The notes below the pieces were generated by a model. That model made no database searches and was not told where the DNA came from. It saw only the letters and a list, made by a program, of their open reading frames with translations. A DNA stretch of 64,000 nt, taken from NCBI GenBank assembly GCA_040285825.1, contig JAUPSS010000012.1:434001-498000 (forward strand), read 5' to 3'. The translations under genes were made by a program, and so were the position numbers. Origin of the DNA: Eukaryota sp. TZLM1-RC. Taxonomy: Eukaryota > Protista > Metamonada: BaSk clade. Of this stretch, positions 23,618 to 37,086 are shown one piece after another (position 1 is the stretch's first letter; the number at the start of each line of letters is the position of its first letter).

Positions 23618-26380
23618 CTGTCCTTGCTCCTTTTCTTGCGTCGAGGCCTAGAGAAGGCAGACGTCTTTCTATTGTTGAAGTTGCGATTAACACGACGTTT
23701 ACGATTGGAGGGTGAGGAGGGAGTATTGGAGAAAGACTTGAAGGCTTTATAAGCAGCAGTATTCTGAACGGTAGACATCAGCTCAGTGGTAATATGATTG
23801 CCAGGCCATTGCACTTGACAGTAATGACCAGACTGAGGACTTTCTGAATCACGTGCTCTTCAGCATCACCAGCAGCTACCTAGGAATAAAATTCATCATC
23901 AGGTGGGAGACCTGAATACCATCGCTGGAGGTGATGGCAGCTGGCTTTGACCACCATACCAGTACACAGATCCTTAATGTTGGCTGTGGTGGTAGATGGA
24001 GTGTCAATTACCTTTTTTTTCCTTTGTATTTACCATGTAACTTAGCCGTGGAAGACGAAGCTCGTATGACCAATTGGCCAGGATAGAAAGGGTTGGCTTC
24101 GATTTGGGAATCACGAGAAAGAGCCTCGAAAGCTTGCCGGAGCTCTGCTTCCTCCTGTTTCTTCTTCAATCTAGCAAATTTAGATTGAATGTCGTTGATG
24201 TATGTTGACTCAGACGTTGAGCTTTCGAGGGTCTCTATGATTTTGCCGGGGTCAGCTCTGGGGCTAAAATCGGAACCGAACATGAGCTCGAATGGAGAGT
24301 AACCTGTAATCGAACTCTTGGATGAGTTGATTAACAATTGTACATAGGGTATGTACTCTGACCATGCCATTGGCGTTAAAATCTACGAGCAGCTTCTTAA
24401 AATTCTGCAAAATGTCACGGTGACGGCGTTCGACTAAACCGTTGGACTGAGAGAAGTGAGGGACGGACTTTGAGACCTCTATGCCCAAAAACTCACATAG
24501 AGCGTCGAAGACAGCTTTTGAGAACTCAGGACCGTTGTCACTATGGACTATGAACGGAATCCCGAAAATCGCACACACCTTCCATATGAGAGCGTCAGCA
24601 GTAAGGTTGGCGTTGAGTTCTTTGAGAGGGACTATGATAGTGAACCTTGTGAAGCTATCCACAAATACAAGAATGTATATGTGGCCGTGTTGATCTTCTG
24701 AAGAGGACCAATGACGTTAACTCTTGCAAATGGTCTGTCAGCCCACGAGGAACCAGTTGTAGGGACATGCAGTTTGGGGACTGCTGCTGTCTTCTGACAG
24801 GAGGGGCATTCCTGGATGTGCTTGGTTATGTCAGAAAGCATGTTAGGCCACCAACAGTCACTGTTCTTGAGTCTGAGGAGACCTTCTGCCTTACTGGGGT
24901 GGCCACCTTGCGGGAGTCCATGTAGAAGGTTAAGCGTATCCTTAACCAGTGATTGAGGAATCACGATCTTGTGCTCTGGAGTGAGATAGAGATCTAGACG
25001 ACTATCCAAAGTACAGTTGTTTAACGAGGTGTCCTGATTAGCGAGGGCTCGCATTTGTTCGGACCTGATCTTGCAGAGCCATGGCTCGAAGAGTGGGAGG
25101 TCATTGGAGCATTTATCTTGAAGGATAAGCACCTTCTCGAATGTATGGAGATCTTCAACGAAGCATCTCTCTGACTCAGTTTCATCAATCCTATTTGTGT
25201 AGTAGATAGCGTGAAACTCTAGGTCGTTGGAATGGACCAGATGGTTGATGGTATGATTAGTAACATACCATAGTTCAATATGACTCGGTAGTGTAACCCA
25301 ACTAGTACATGTGAAACATAGCTTGGCCATCATTCCTGGCAACAATATGTTACTAATTGGTAGGCTTTGGTGTATTACATGTTGGAGAGCTATCTTGCTC
25401 TATAGTAAACAGTGGGTATTTATGTGCACGTTTATTACTGCTGCAAGGGCCCTTGCCTCTTCCTCTACGTCTACCTCTGCCTCTACTACTACTACTACCT
25501 CTTGCCAAATATGCTTGAACTGCATCTGGGTTGGCATCTGGCCATTGCTTGGATCGCTGGCAATCAGGGTCGGGACATTCGTTAATAGTGTGGCCTGGAA
25601 TACCACAGAATCTACAGAGACCAGCTTTATCTCTTTCTTTCTTCAATTTGCGACTTGCTCCCTTTGCTAAGTTGAGCAGGGGCGACGCTGGAACCCGCAG
25701 GCTTAAATTTGCCTATTCGTTTCTTGTCCTTTGGGTTTGCTCTAGCATAGTGACTCATGTATTCAGCAGCAAGGATGTCAACAAATTGTTGTAAAGTATG
25801 GTGTTGCCAAACATTGGGAGTGGACCATACTGTTCTCAGGTTGTCACTGATGGCCTGAATACCAACCGAATCAATCATATGGGTTGCAATTTCCCAGTTT
25901 TGAATGCGCTATAGGAAATGTTGACCATACAAGGCACGGTCGCTTGCCCTGACGTCAGAAATGGCAGTACTTCGTGAAACTGTTCTCATTGGCCTCACAG
26001 TGAAGTCGCCCCAGCGATTCCTAAAGTCCTGAATATTCCAATTCATCTGGACTCTATATAACTGATCCTCGCCGTTTCTAATGTACTATACTGGCTGAGG
26101 TGTAAAATTGATTCCCATATTTGCTCCTCATTAATGTTGTCGATAGCTGAGATACTATCAGACACAGACGAAAACCTGCCTTGAGCTCTCAGAGCGGCCA
26201 AGCACTCTGGAGTAACACAGGAGGCAATCCTTCGAGGGTCGACTTGAGCAGCAGCTCTGAATCGGTCCCACTCGTGGAGGGGGTTACCATATCTCTGATC
26301 GAGAGGGAGGTTCCGGTTTTCTCTGCTAATGGATTGAGGAGTGGCAGGAGGACGAGAACGTTCCTCAAGTTGCCTTCTTA
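23502..26380 (-). mobile_element. Internally deleted family-A-like Ty3/gypsy copy (gag C-terminus, integrase, chromodomain, variant 3' LTR)
   Basis: High identity to 44319-45410 and ~47580-49100. PR-RT-RH is missing except for an inverted 82-bp protease piece. Frameshifts and small deletions throughout. Confidence 0.9.
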
Positions 26381-27784
26381 GTTTCCAGATTTGGAGAGCT
26401 TCAATCCAGATTTGGCTTTGATGATGCAGTCTTTAAACAGAGGATCATTATCTGACACTTTCTGTTGGTCTTTAAAGATCTTGTTCAAGAAAGCGGCAGC
26501 AGGGGAGCTGGGAGGTCCGGACGGGAGCAGTTCTTGGGCGGAGGAATCGGAGGTACTTGAGGAGGTAATAGTGGAGACAAGGTGGACCTCGTCAGAGGAA
26601 TCAGAGGAGACATCGATGGGTTGATCAGAGTCTTCACGAGGAGGGAGGCTCTCTTCGGATGATATGGCTTGCTCTTTGAGGAATCGTTCGTGGTTATATG
26701 CAAAAGGTTCAGTTTCAAAGATCTCCAGCCTAGAGGGCAGGTTCAGGGGATAACTAAAATCATAATCTTTTGGGGCGGAGACGTCCTTATATAGAAAAGG
26801 AAGGTCGGTGGACAAGATAAAGTACTTGGCGGAGGAGGAAGCAAGATAGTCGTACGGTTCAGGATTCACGTTGTAATGGAGGAAATGTTTCAAGGAATTC
26901 AGAATGATTGAAGGATGGAGGATTCGTTCAGCAGTATCATAGTCGATGTCGTACCAGCGATCTGTGTCGTAGTGTCTCAGATCATCAAGATTTAGGTAGT
27001 TCCATAGAGGAGACTTGGCCTGGTCTTGATAAGTCATCATGCAACACAGTTCGGGGGTGGAGTTATCGCAGATATCTCTGGTTTTCTTCTCTTTCTTCTT
27101 TTCGGGGAGAAGAGAGGCGCGGGATAAATAGTCTGCCCAAAAATTCTTGGGGCCTTCGATCGGTACACAGTCAAACGAGAAAGATTGTAGTACAGGGATC
27201 CAGCGGAGTACTACGCGGTTCGAGTCGGGACAGCTAAATAAATACGAAAGGTTCTTGTGATCACAAAAGATTGTCAAGTGTCTGGTGAGTAGGAAAGACG
27301 ACAAGTTGGGTTGGTTGAGAGTCATTACAATAGCAAAAAACTCTTTCTGGAGAGTAGACCAACGTTGCTGGGAGGAGGTCAAGATTCTGGAGTAGAATGA
27401 GATGGGCATCACCTTACGCTTGGAGAGACAAGTTCCAGGAGGAGAGGGTTCCAGTTCTTTCCAGATTATTCCGGCAATGGCTTTTTCAGAGGCATCGGTT
27501 GAGATTAAAATGTTGCTGTTAGAGTCCGGAAGGGCAAGAGGTAAGCTACGAGTTATCGTGTTCTTGATGTTTTCAGAGTTCTTGAGTACCTAATCGTACT
27601 TTTCTGGGCTTATTTCGGAGAAGGGCAGTTAGAGGTTCAATTTCTACGGATAGAGAAGGCAACCAATCGCAGAGGAAGTTTACGGATCCGATAAAGGATC
27701 TGAGTTCGGGGACAGAAGAGGGAGGAGCAAGCTTGGTGATGGATTCGATCTTGGAGGGGTCTATTCTTCGTTGGCCGTTTTCAA
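26381..27784 (-). mobile_element. Fragment of family-B pol (RT thumb, RNase H, shortened insert)
   Basis: Near-identical to ~55820-56899 and similar to 57938-58267. Confidence 0.9.
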
Positions 27785-28251
27785 CCTCTTCATCAGATTG
27801 AGCACACGGCAACTAGAAGACTGGTCTCATTCCAAAACGCAAACGATTTTTTGAGCAACTTGTGTTTCTAACGACATTTCGTTGCATATGGAGATGGACT
27901 TGAGTCTGTTGATGTCTCGATCGACCAGGATATTTGGATAACATTGGTGGATAATTGCGGACAGCGTTGCCGAAAAAGTTAAACATTGCTCGAAAGTCTG
28001 GTTTATCAACAGTGTTAAAGGATAAATCTAGGGAAATAATTGAAGAAGCTGTTTGACCTTGGACTATTTTCTTCACGTCATCAATAGATACTGATTCCGA
28101 TAATAGAAGCTGGCGTTTGTATTGAGGTGAAATAAAGGTAAATTCTGCTGCTGTGGATTTCTTTTGAGTTGCATAAATTTCTCTTTCTCCCAAAATTTCC
28201 CCATTACTTCAAGACTCTGACTAAATGTACCATTGATTGCACCATATATTA

Positions 28252-31200
28252 AAAGATTTTAGGATTTATTCCAAGAATGCAAACAAGATTACTATAAACA
28301 AAAACAATGCAAAGCAATATTCTAGATAAGTGATCACTGACAAAATGAAGGTAGTTTCTCACTATTTACGGGTTCATGAGCACGTACATTGTGAAACTCA
28401 GTAATACTTAAAAGTATTGAGTTAAAATAACGTGGTAGAGCCTTAAAGAGTAAGAAAACAATTCTGTTCTTCCAAATAAGTTGATCAAAAGAACGTCCTG
28501 AGTCTTTTAAGAAACTGCCTAAATCATTCAAGAAAGATAGTCCTTCCCTGCCTAAAGTACCAAAAATAGAAATTCCAATTGGAACAAAAACAATGTTTCT
28601 GCCACGTTGTTTGTTCAAACGTACAAGTAAATCATTATACTTCGAGTGCTTGCTCCTTTCCGCATTCTTGAGGGTTGATTCAATGTCCGAAGACGAAGAC
28701 AACTTCCAAGGAGAAACAGTTGTACAATCAATAATTAATTCCTGGCCGCTACGCCAAGCACATTGAATGTCACCTCTTTTTTGACTTTGAGCAAGCTGCA
28801 TTTCATCAAAAACTGGTTCTAGTGGTACTGGATGATGAGCACTCTTCAACAAATCATAAATGCAATAGCGAACGGCATTGTGAATAATCGACCTCTTCTG
28901 AGTGAACTTCCTACAAGATAAGACATGAGTATAGGAAGCAACTGCTCCGCATTTACAACGAATATTTGTTAAACACTGAGGGGGAGGTAAGTTCAAACGT
29001 AGTCTCATAATTGTTAAAAACTGGGACTTGGAATGCAACAGACCAAAACGGCGAGGTACTTGGGTTATTAGGCAAGATGTACTGTTGATAAAAGAACCCT
29101 TATCGCAAAGAGAGGATAGAAATGTTGCAAAGGAAGAATCACCTGAATTGTTAGCCAAGCTAATTTGTTGTTCTAGTGATTCAGCTTCGAGAGCATTAAT
29201 CAACTTCTTTTGCAGTTTAGGGACAGTTATCAAAAAATTACTTAAATCTTTAACTTCAACAGAGGCACGATCAACTGTAGAAGCAAACATTGAAAACCAA
29301 AGTTTATCAGGGCAGTTATCAAGGAATATTTTGACAAAGAGAGCAGCACTTGAGTTAGAATTAGTGACTAAATCAATCCAGTTATTAGGGAATCATACAG
29401 ATAATTCAAACAAGAAATTCTTAATGCCTCCCAAGAACGCAGCATTTGTCAAAATGTATGAACGAGTCAAACCAACACCACCATGCGAATGTGACCTGAA
29501 ACAGTGAAGTGGAATATCCTTAATGTTCTTAACACTAAGTAAGTCAACCAAAAAGTTGGTTCTTCGAGACAAAAACAATTTGATTTCAGGTGTGGTCAAA
29601 TCCGGTGGAATAGAGCGAATCAGGTGATTTACTTTAGAACTGAAGCATAACCTATCCACATGAAATTTAATATGTTTTTTCAACGGCAAAGCCTGAATTT
29701 CATCCAACTTAGCAGATGCACTTTCAATTTCCTTATGTAATGATCTACTAATGGCTGATTCATTTCCAATGAAAGTACCCAGTAATTCAATACAATCATT
29801 TTGATAATCCACAAAAGGAATTTCTTCATCGTTAAGCACAATTGAATGAAACGAACGCCCAAGAACTTGACACTTGCTAGCGTTAAGTTCTAGACCAATA
29901 TTCAGTGCAAGTTTACGAAAATAAATAACAGCTTCGTGTACTAAAGAAGCATTACCAATAAGGGAGACATCATCCATGTAAGCAACAACTTTCAAATCAG
30001 GAAACCGAGACTTCAACTTTTCAAACAAAGTATGTAGAGCAACACAAAAGAGAAAAGGACCAATGGGATCACCTTGCTTTACACCTGAGCATGAAGGAAT
30101 AGAGTCGGTGTCTAATACAAGATTCGAATGTTTGGAATACAAAAACTCGAACAGAGGGGCAACTTCAGCCAGAACAAGAGACGTTTTCAAAGACTCAAGA
30201 ATTGCATTGCGCTTAACTGAATTGAAGGCATTTTTAAAATCACAAATTACTGCCATGTTATCCATTGACAAATTCATAAAAAGGTCAACAGCAAGAACAG
30301 CGGAATTAGCACCGTCATACGTACCGATATACGTATACGTACCGATATCGAATTGAAAAGAACCTAAAAATTCCTTGGCACAATTTTTTATTCTAGAAAA
30401 CACAAGCAAAGACAATAATCGTGGTACAACTTCACCTATGGCAATAGGTCTAACTCCATTATTTTTCTTACTGAGAGCAATTAAACGTGACGCAGACAAC
30501 TCAGGAGGAAATCCTTGAGGATTGAGCATTATCAAATTAAACAATTGGGTCAACGAAGGAATGATTGTTCCAACAGCTTTTGAAGCAGATTTCAAATGAT
30601 CAAAAGTCAAAAGGGATGGGCCAGCAGCTCTACCATAGGGACGAGAAGACAGGGAGCAAGATACTTCTTTTTCTGAAAAAGGATTTGATTTCCAATAATT
30701 AAAGGAATCCACTGGGGAAGCAAAGTCAATGGGATCTTCAAAAGGATGTTGTTTCAGCAAAGTTGAAATGGTCTCAGCATTTTGAGGAACAAGTGATTGA
30801 CTAGATAGAGAAGCCATTGCACCACTAACTTTACCATCAAGAAACATTTTTTCGAACCTTTTGCATTTGGAAGAAAAAGTAGAAGCTGGACGTGTAAGAG
30901 AAGCGTTGGACTGAGAAACTGATAAGGAATCCTTAAAGAAATTCCACAACGGATTTATGTCATACACTTTTCGGAATAAGGAATCTAGAAAGGACTGAAT
31001 AGCACAACCTAATTTGAATCCTTGACGAGGATTTGGGATTGGCTTCACTTTTAAAGAACATCTCCAAGGATCAAGAAAATCAGATGAAACAGAGTTACAC
31101 AGCTGCACCTTCATAGCTACTTCAAAATCAGTAAACGGTTTAAAAAGAAACCCAGAAATATTCTCTTCAACCCAAAACTGTTGAAGTCTGATCTTAATGA

Positions 31201-31378
31201 GGCAGCATTACCTGAAAGCTTAATTTTAACTCCAACAATTTTATTAAAAAATCGGAGATTTTTTTTCATAACAACAACAGTAGTTCTTTCAAAGTTATTG
31301 TCAATGAAAATAAATTGTTTACGAGAGAGAGTTTCAATATCATCTAGAAGAGTATATATATTATATATATACAAATAT
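28252..31378 (-). mobile_element. RLE non-LTR retrotransposon, copy 1 (disrupted)
   Basis: Nearly identical to 60886-64000. Lesions: frameshift near 31189, TTA>TGA at 29393, 18-bp duplication near 30320. Flanked by ACCATATATTA at 28241 and 31379. Confidence 0.92.
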
Positions 31379-31742
31379 ACCATATATTATATTTTTTTTG
31401 GTAAATGTACCATAAATGAAATGTTGTACCATAAAAGGCATTTTTTATAGAATACCTGTAATCCATACAACTTTATTGCCTGAAACAAAAGCTCCATAAA
31501 ACAAGCAATGGAACAGTTATAACTTAGCAGTTTTTACGTGGTCTACCTCGTGGAAGTTTCATAGGAGGCACTTCAAATGCAGAAAGATTTCTACGGGTAC
31601 CTCTAGAACCTAAAGGTCGCCCCCTTGTCTTTTTTACAGAAGGAGCAAAAGGTATGTTCTGTACGGATGTCACCAATTGGTTTATAGAAGACGTCAGAAA
31701 TTGACACTGTTCTTCGGATAGCGAAGCGGATGAAAGAAGCTC

Positions 31743-32639
31743 TTACAGCGTGGTATCAGTTGGAACAGGAACTTGTGGCTGTGAGGGAACTTGAATAGGA
31801 ACATGGGAATGCTCCAAATGCCAGTGAAGATGGCATAAATCGACTGAGAGTTGGTTTCCGCTTTCATACAGTTGATGAAGCTGAGATGATGACGGAAGAC
31901 CAAAGTTGGATGAAAGCTGATCATTGGGAAGAGAGTCGCATTGTGATTGTGATCTTATCAATTCGTCCGCAACCAGGATGCAGATGAAATTGGGAAGTTT
32001 TTTTAAGATAGGTTGAATTAAAGAATTTACGCATTTTGGATAGATCAAGTTAATATCAACGTCTCTAGTCATTTGAAGTTTGTGTTCAGCCACTATATTA
32101 GACCACATAACAACCGTCTTCTCCGCAATATCTGCCAAATCACCAGTGGGTACTTTAAGATATCTTTTCAGAACACTGTGAATTGATTCAACTCGAGATG
32201 AAGCCCTCTGTCCAAGGTTGAAATCATAAGTTGTATGACAAACAAGAAATTTTTCCCAATAATTGTCAACCAAATCATCGAGATAATCAATCAACTGGGG
32301 AAACATGTGGAACTCCATATCAATTTTGTTCTTTTTCTGCAGCATTGACGCGTGGTCCCCGGCACAGCAAACTGATTTCCATAAACTTCGTACTTTGTAT
32401 TCCAGATCAGTATCTCCTACGAAAGAATGGCTCTTGGTTTCTACATTCTTATTGATATGCCAAAAGCATACTCCATGTTTAATATTTGGAAAAATGATTT
32501 CAATGGCTGTCGCCAAGGCTTGCTCTCGATCAGTTAAAATTGTTTCAGTGTACTGCAGAGAAGGATAAACTTTTACCACCTTCGTTTTTACAACGGGAGT
32601 TGCCTCTTTTTTGACAACAGATAAGCCAAGTGTAGTCAC
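31743..32639 (-). pseudogene. MULE DDE transposase, N-terminally truncated
   Basis: ILTDREQALATAIEIIFPNIKHGVCFWHINKN and RASSRVESIHSVLK; AT-hook-like RGRP motifs in the decayed tail (~31540-31630). Confidence 0.88.
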
Positions 32640-33554
32640 ATGAATGAGCTACTATCAGAGCATAGCCGAAGGCAAAACAGTGTGCATAAAGGGAGGTTTT
32701 CATATTGGTGAAACTGTCTGCCTTAAGATCAGAGAAGTCCATATATGAAGTTCAGCCGAAACAGAATGTGGTACGTGAATGAAATTGTGGTACGTTTTCA
32801 TTATGGTACATTTACCAAAAAAATTATAATTTATGGTGCAATCAATGGTTTGACAACAGCAATGAAAGAGAAGTATGTTTTGCTGTAAAGTACAATCCTC
32901 GCACTCTTACCCGGACTTAGTATTTGTCCTTCACCAATACTCAACATGTGGAAGATGCCAGATGTGTTACCGCTGATAATCTACAGGAAGTGAACCCTAA
33001 TCTTTTTGCAGACATCACTGCGTGGAATACATGGACAAATATGTGTTCAAAACAGCAGGCGGAGGTAACTGTTATTCCAATCCAGCTGGTCCATTTTTTT
33101 GTACGGCTGATCCCCATGACACTGGTCAAGTCGATATGATGCTCCGTAAAAGAATCACGGCATTTGTTCCATCTGAGTTGTTGCAACTGGATGTAGAGCT
33201 TCAGTCTGTTGTGGCTTCTTTTTGTGACCGATTGTTTAGAAGAATTTAGAACTTTGCACTTGGATGCTTGCAAAGACGTGCATCTCAAACTACTTGGGAA
33301 GATCATCCGAAGCTAATCATCGAAGAGTTCTTGATGTTGAGTACCCACATGGGCTTCTTAGTACGCCAGATTCAGTCGATGTAAATACAGTCGATGTAAA
33401 CAAATAGCTTTATTAACTGTTGATGTGTAATGCTAATGTACTGTTCTGAACAGTTCTGCGGTACTTTAGGTAAACTCTAAACCTCTACGAGCATTTGATT
33501 TTGTATTCCAATAAGGAGACTTATGGAAATGACCATTCCTCCATCCAGCATGGT

Positions 33555-34586
33555 TCAATAGACTTGAGTAGTCCCTGTCATTGATTTCAGTAGTGATTGT
33601 ACAAGTTCGTAAGGACCGATACCAATCCGTCTGTGGGACTCTGAAGGAACGCTTTTTCTCAAAAGACCAAAGAAAGCTTCAATTGGGTTTGCTTCTGTGC
33701 AATAAGGGGCCAAGAAATAATACCGTAAACCAGCTTGGCGAACCGATTGCACAAGAGGCTCAGAAATGTGGATTTTGCATCCATCAAGAACAAGCAAAGA
33801 ACGAGGACCACCAGAAGTCCAGAGAAGGCCAGAACGAATTAGCGATTTAAGGAATAACGCAAAAGAGCATCTACTGAAATGTGCTTCCTTAAATGTATGG
33901 TAAACCTAACCATTTCAGTCAAAAGCAATAATTAGTGAAAAGGCATTGAACCTGGAAGTCTTTGGATCAGACGCAATTGGTTGTCCCGATAAAGAATATC
34001 CAAACTGTCTGTTGAAATGGTCCGGTCTGAAGGAGAGTTCATCAACGAAGAGAAGTTGTCTATGATAAAGAATACCAACAGCTGACGCCAGTTTCCATTC
34101 GAAGCGGCGAATTAGTGTCACCTTGGCTCTTTGCATAATGGTTGTCACTTTTTTACGATCGAATCCATGCTTAATCAGAATTCGGTGCACTGTACTAACA
34201 GATATCGAAAAATCATCGTATATTTGTACAAGATAAGTCACTCCTCGAAGAAAAGTTAGAGGGTCTTCTTTCACCAAATCGAGAATATATTGTTGGATGT
34301 GTAAGGGAGTTGCATTAGACCGTGGCGTGGTGGTGTTGGATGTTTCTGGCGAATTTACAAGAGGGTCCAGTCCAGCGAAGTACTGCTTGACCCACCGACT
34401 AACAGTGGATTGATCGACAAGGAAGTACTTTGCCACAGCTTTTTGCGAATCATTCAAAAACAGATAAGTGTACACAGTACGTGTGACAGTATCTTCTGAA
34501 ACATGAGATTAGAGCTTTTGAACATCAACACCAAGCAGAAGAAGATTGAAATGGAGGGGCATAGGTGTTGCAGGTGGTTGTGACAT
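33555..34586 (-). pseudogene. Tc1/IS630-like DD34E transposase, disrupted
   Basis: HTH (SQKAVAKYFLVDQSTVSRWVK), LLFVDE, and VLD-x34-E (LAPYCTEANPIE); stops and frameshifts; TA+CAGTCGATGTAAA at 33386-33400 may be a TIR. Confidence 0.85.
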
Positions 34587-34689
34587 CAAAAAAAGGCGAG
34601 GAAAAATCAAGAATCCCAATTATGCACCCAAATTGCGACCCAGTTCGTAAATTGCTTTTCTTTTTACACTGTTGAAAGAATCGATGAAA

Positions 34690-35330
34690 TCTAAATTGAA
34701 AATAAAATTGTTTCCTTTGGAGTTAGATAAACAAGTCAGATGTTGAAGCAGCAACTGAAGCTCCATTATTCGTTTGAATCTTAAATTGCAATGGCGAAAA
34801 AAATTAACCAGCCTTTTTCACAATTCCATTCAAATAATTGAGGCAAATAAACGAGAGAAAGATTCACCTTCTGCAATGGGACGATTTTTAAATTCACTCC
34901 CAGTTTTCACTGAAGCAATAAGACGTGCAGCAGTAAGCTCAGGTGGAGGAACGATTTTGAAAGAGTCCAATTGCTGAAAAAAGCTAATTTATCTGCAATT
35001 TCAGGTTTTTTATTGCTTGTAGGCAGTTTTTAAAATATCAAACGTAATCCCTGATGGTCCAGCGGCTTTACCTTTCGGTAATTTTTCAATTAAAGCAAGA
35101 ACTTCAGAAGCATTAATTGGATTATTAGTCCAAAACTCACAAATATTGGGTTTTGGACAAGTAAAATTTTCAATTTTTCAACTGTGTCAAGAGTTAATTT
35201 AGCAATATCAGAGGAAAATAATCACTGAACTCCGTCACCGTACCTTCCTAGAAGACATAGTTTTCTTAGTTGATTGACTTTTTGCATCGGATTTTGTTTA
35301 TAGACAGCATTTTGACAAAAGATTTCTTTT
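34690..35330 (-). mobile_element. RT N-terminal relic of an RLE non-LTR retrotransposon
   Basis: Minus-strand PKGKAAGPSGITFDILK and RPIAEGES, homologous to the RT of 60961-63996. Confidence 0.8.
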
Positions 35331-35669
35331 TTGCAAAAAATTTCCAAAAGCTACTTGTGTCCCATTCATTTTTCTTCAACTTACTAGTAAATGAACGAAG
35401 TTGAAGAGACATTGGGATTGAAGGAGCAGGACTGACTTCAACAGGAATCTTGACTGGGGGTCCCAGAGTATCTTGTGCTTCACCGTAGATCTTCAACGTT
35501 CTCTTCTAGCGAGAATTCGAGATAATGTATTCCATGTTCTTCACTTCCTTATTGAAACCACTATTGATGAGCTTTTGCACTGTTCCAGGGTTGTTTCAAA
35601 GATTCGTGGTTCCAAAGGCACAATTCTCGATGTGTCACTAAGACGAGGTCATTTTGGCGCTCCCAAGAT

Positions 35670-35760
35670 TTGAAAATTCAATCGTGCTCCAAGTGCCACC
35701 AGTCTGGACACATCTCCTGTGATTGTCCAACTAAAATCAAACATGAGGTGAATTATGTGT
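35670..35760 (+). pseudogene. Gag-like CCHC zinc-knuckle fragment
   Basis: CSKCHQSGHISCDC (CX2CX4HX4C). Confidence 0.5.
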
Positions 35761-37086
35761 GTCAAACCAACGATGCAACGAAGAATTTGACAAACCCCTT
35801 ATCTGCACTCTATGACTTGTACTGTGTAGTGTCTTCAGGTAAATGGGAAAAAGTGGTGTTTTTTTCGAACTTAAATTGATAAAATAGGTTTCTTTGTATT
35901 TTGTTTGATGACGTGATTCTGGTTTATGCTTCAGTTTTATTAATAAACTCAGATTTTTTTCTCTCCCTCATGTGTTCATTTGCCAAACTGCATCATTATT
36001 TGATTTCACACCATGCAAACTGACAGCAACCTGAAAAATGGAAGATTGAAACAATGCCTAGGAAAAGCAAAAGATTTTTTTGTTACATTGACTGTGTTCA
36101 GAGAAGATAGTACATGGTTAGATGACTGCAAAAAAATGGACAGCATGCTTCAATATAGCATGTCTCCAAACAAGTAGAGAGCATTTAATTATGGTGGACC
36201 GCCTTTCTCTATGGTTTCTATGAAAAGCTAGTTCAATTCACGTTGTGAATACATAGTGACATTTCCACATTCATACATGTTACAGTTAATACATTGTTAA
36301 ATACATTGTTTAAAACCTTTCCATATTTGTTCAGCACTAAATATGCAGAAATTTATCCACCATCACAGTTTCATTTGCACAGCCATATTGCAAAATTTAA
36401 AGCGTTGTAATAACAACTGATTTGTGTGTTGTCTGCTCTGGTAGATACAATTGAATGAAAAACAAAAATGTTGACAAATATAGGGAGTTGTAGTATGAAA
36501 TCAGGAAACCAAGAAACTTCATTATTTAACACACTGAAAGTACTATCACTCAATACGTAGGTCAATTCCTACATAACAACTGAACAGTATTGACGTTTTT
36601 GTGAGATAATGAAATTGAAATTATCAAATCTACCATAAGATCTGCTGTTGAACAATCGTCGCAATCGCTTTAAATCTGGTACCCCAACGCTATTTAGAGA
36701 AGATCTCAAATGTGGTATTGTGTAGGAGTGAATGGATATGATGAGCAAGGTTACGCGAGAGTGCTGGAGTCCAAAGTATGTCACCATTTCAAATGGAAAA
36801 TATTACCGCTTTTTTATTGTATCGAATATATAATCTCAGTATTCAAAAACTTATCAATTTCGCTATCATAAACATTCTAGAATCTTTCCAGAATATAAGA
36901 TTTGGGTTCCTGTTTTTGAACTAAAAATGTATAAAAGCAGTGAATTTTACTCTGTCATAATGTTGTAAGTAATAAAAAACCATATAATAAATTATTTAAA
37001 TATTTGTAGAGATACAAGTGCATGATGACTTTTCCCTTTCTATTCCCAGTATTGCTTATATTCACTTTATTTGATTGAAAATTCTA

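Larger units (their letters stand above)
28229..32849 (-). mobile_element. MULE (Mutator-like) DNA transposon with TIRs; the left TIR is interrupted by an RLE retrotransposon
   Basis: 28229-28251 joined to 31390-31421 matches the reverse complement of 32795-32849 almost perfectly; encloses a MULE transposase. Confidence 0.8.

Noticed and set aside
27813-28193. 126-aa ORF between TE fragments
   Set aside because: No ATG start and no recognisable motif.
32850-33360. Coding-like fragment next to the Tc1 relic, faintly like a Fanzor REC region
   Set aside because: No diagnostic motif; a profile search would be needed.
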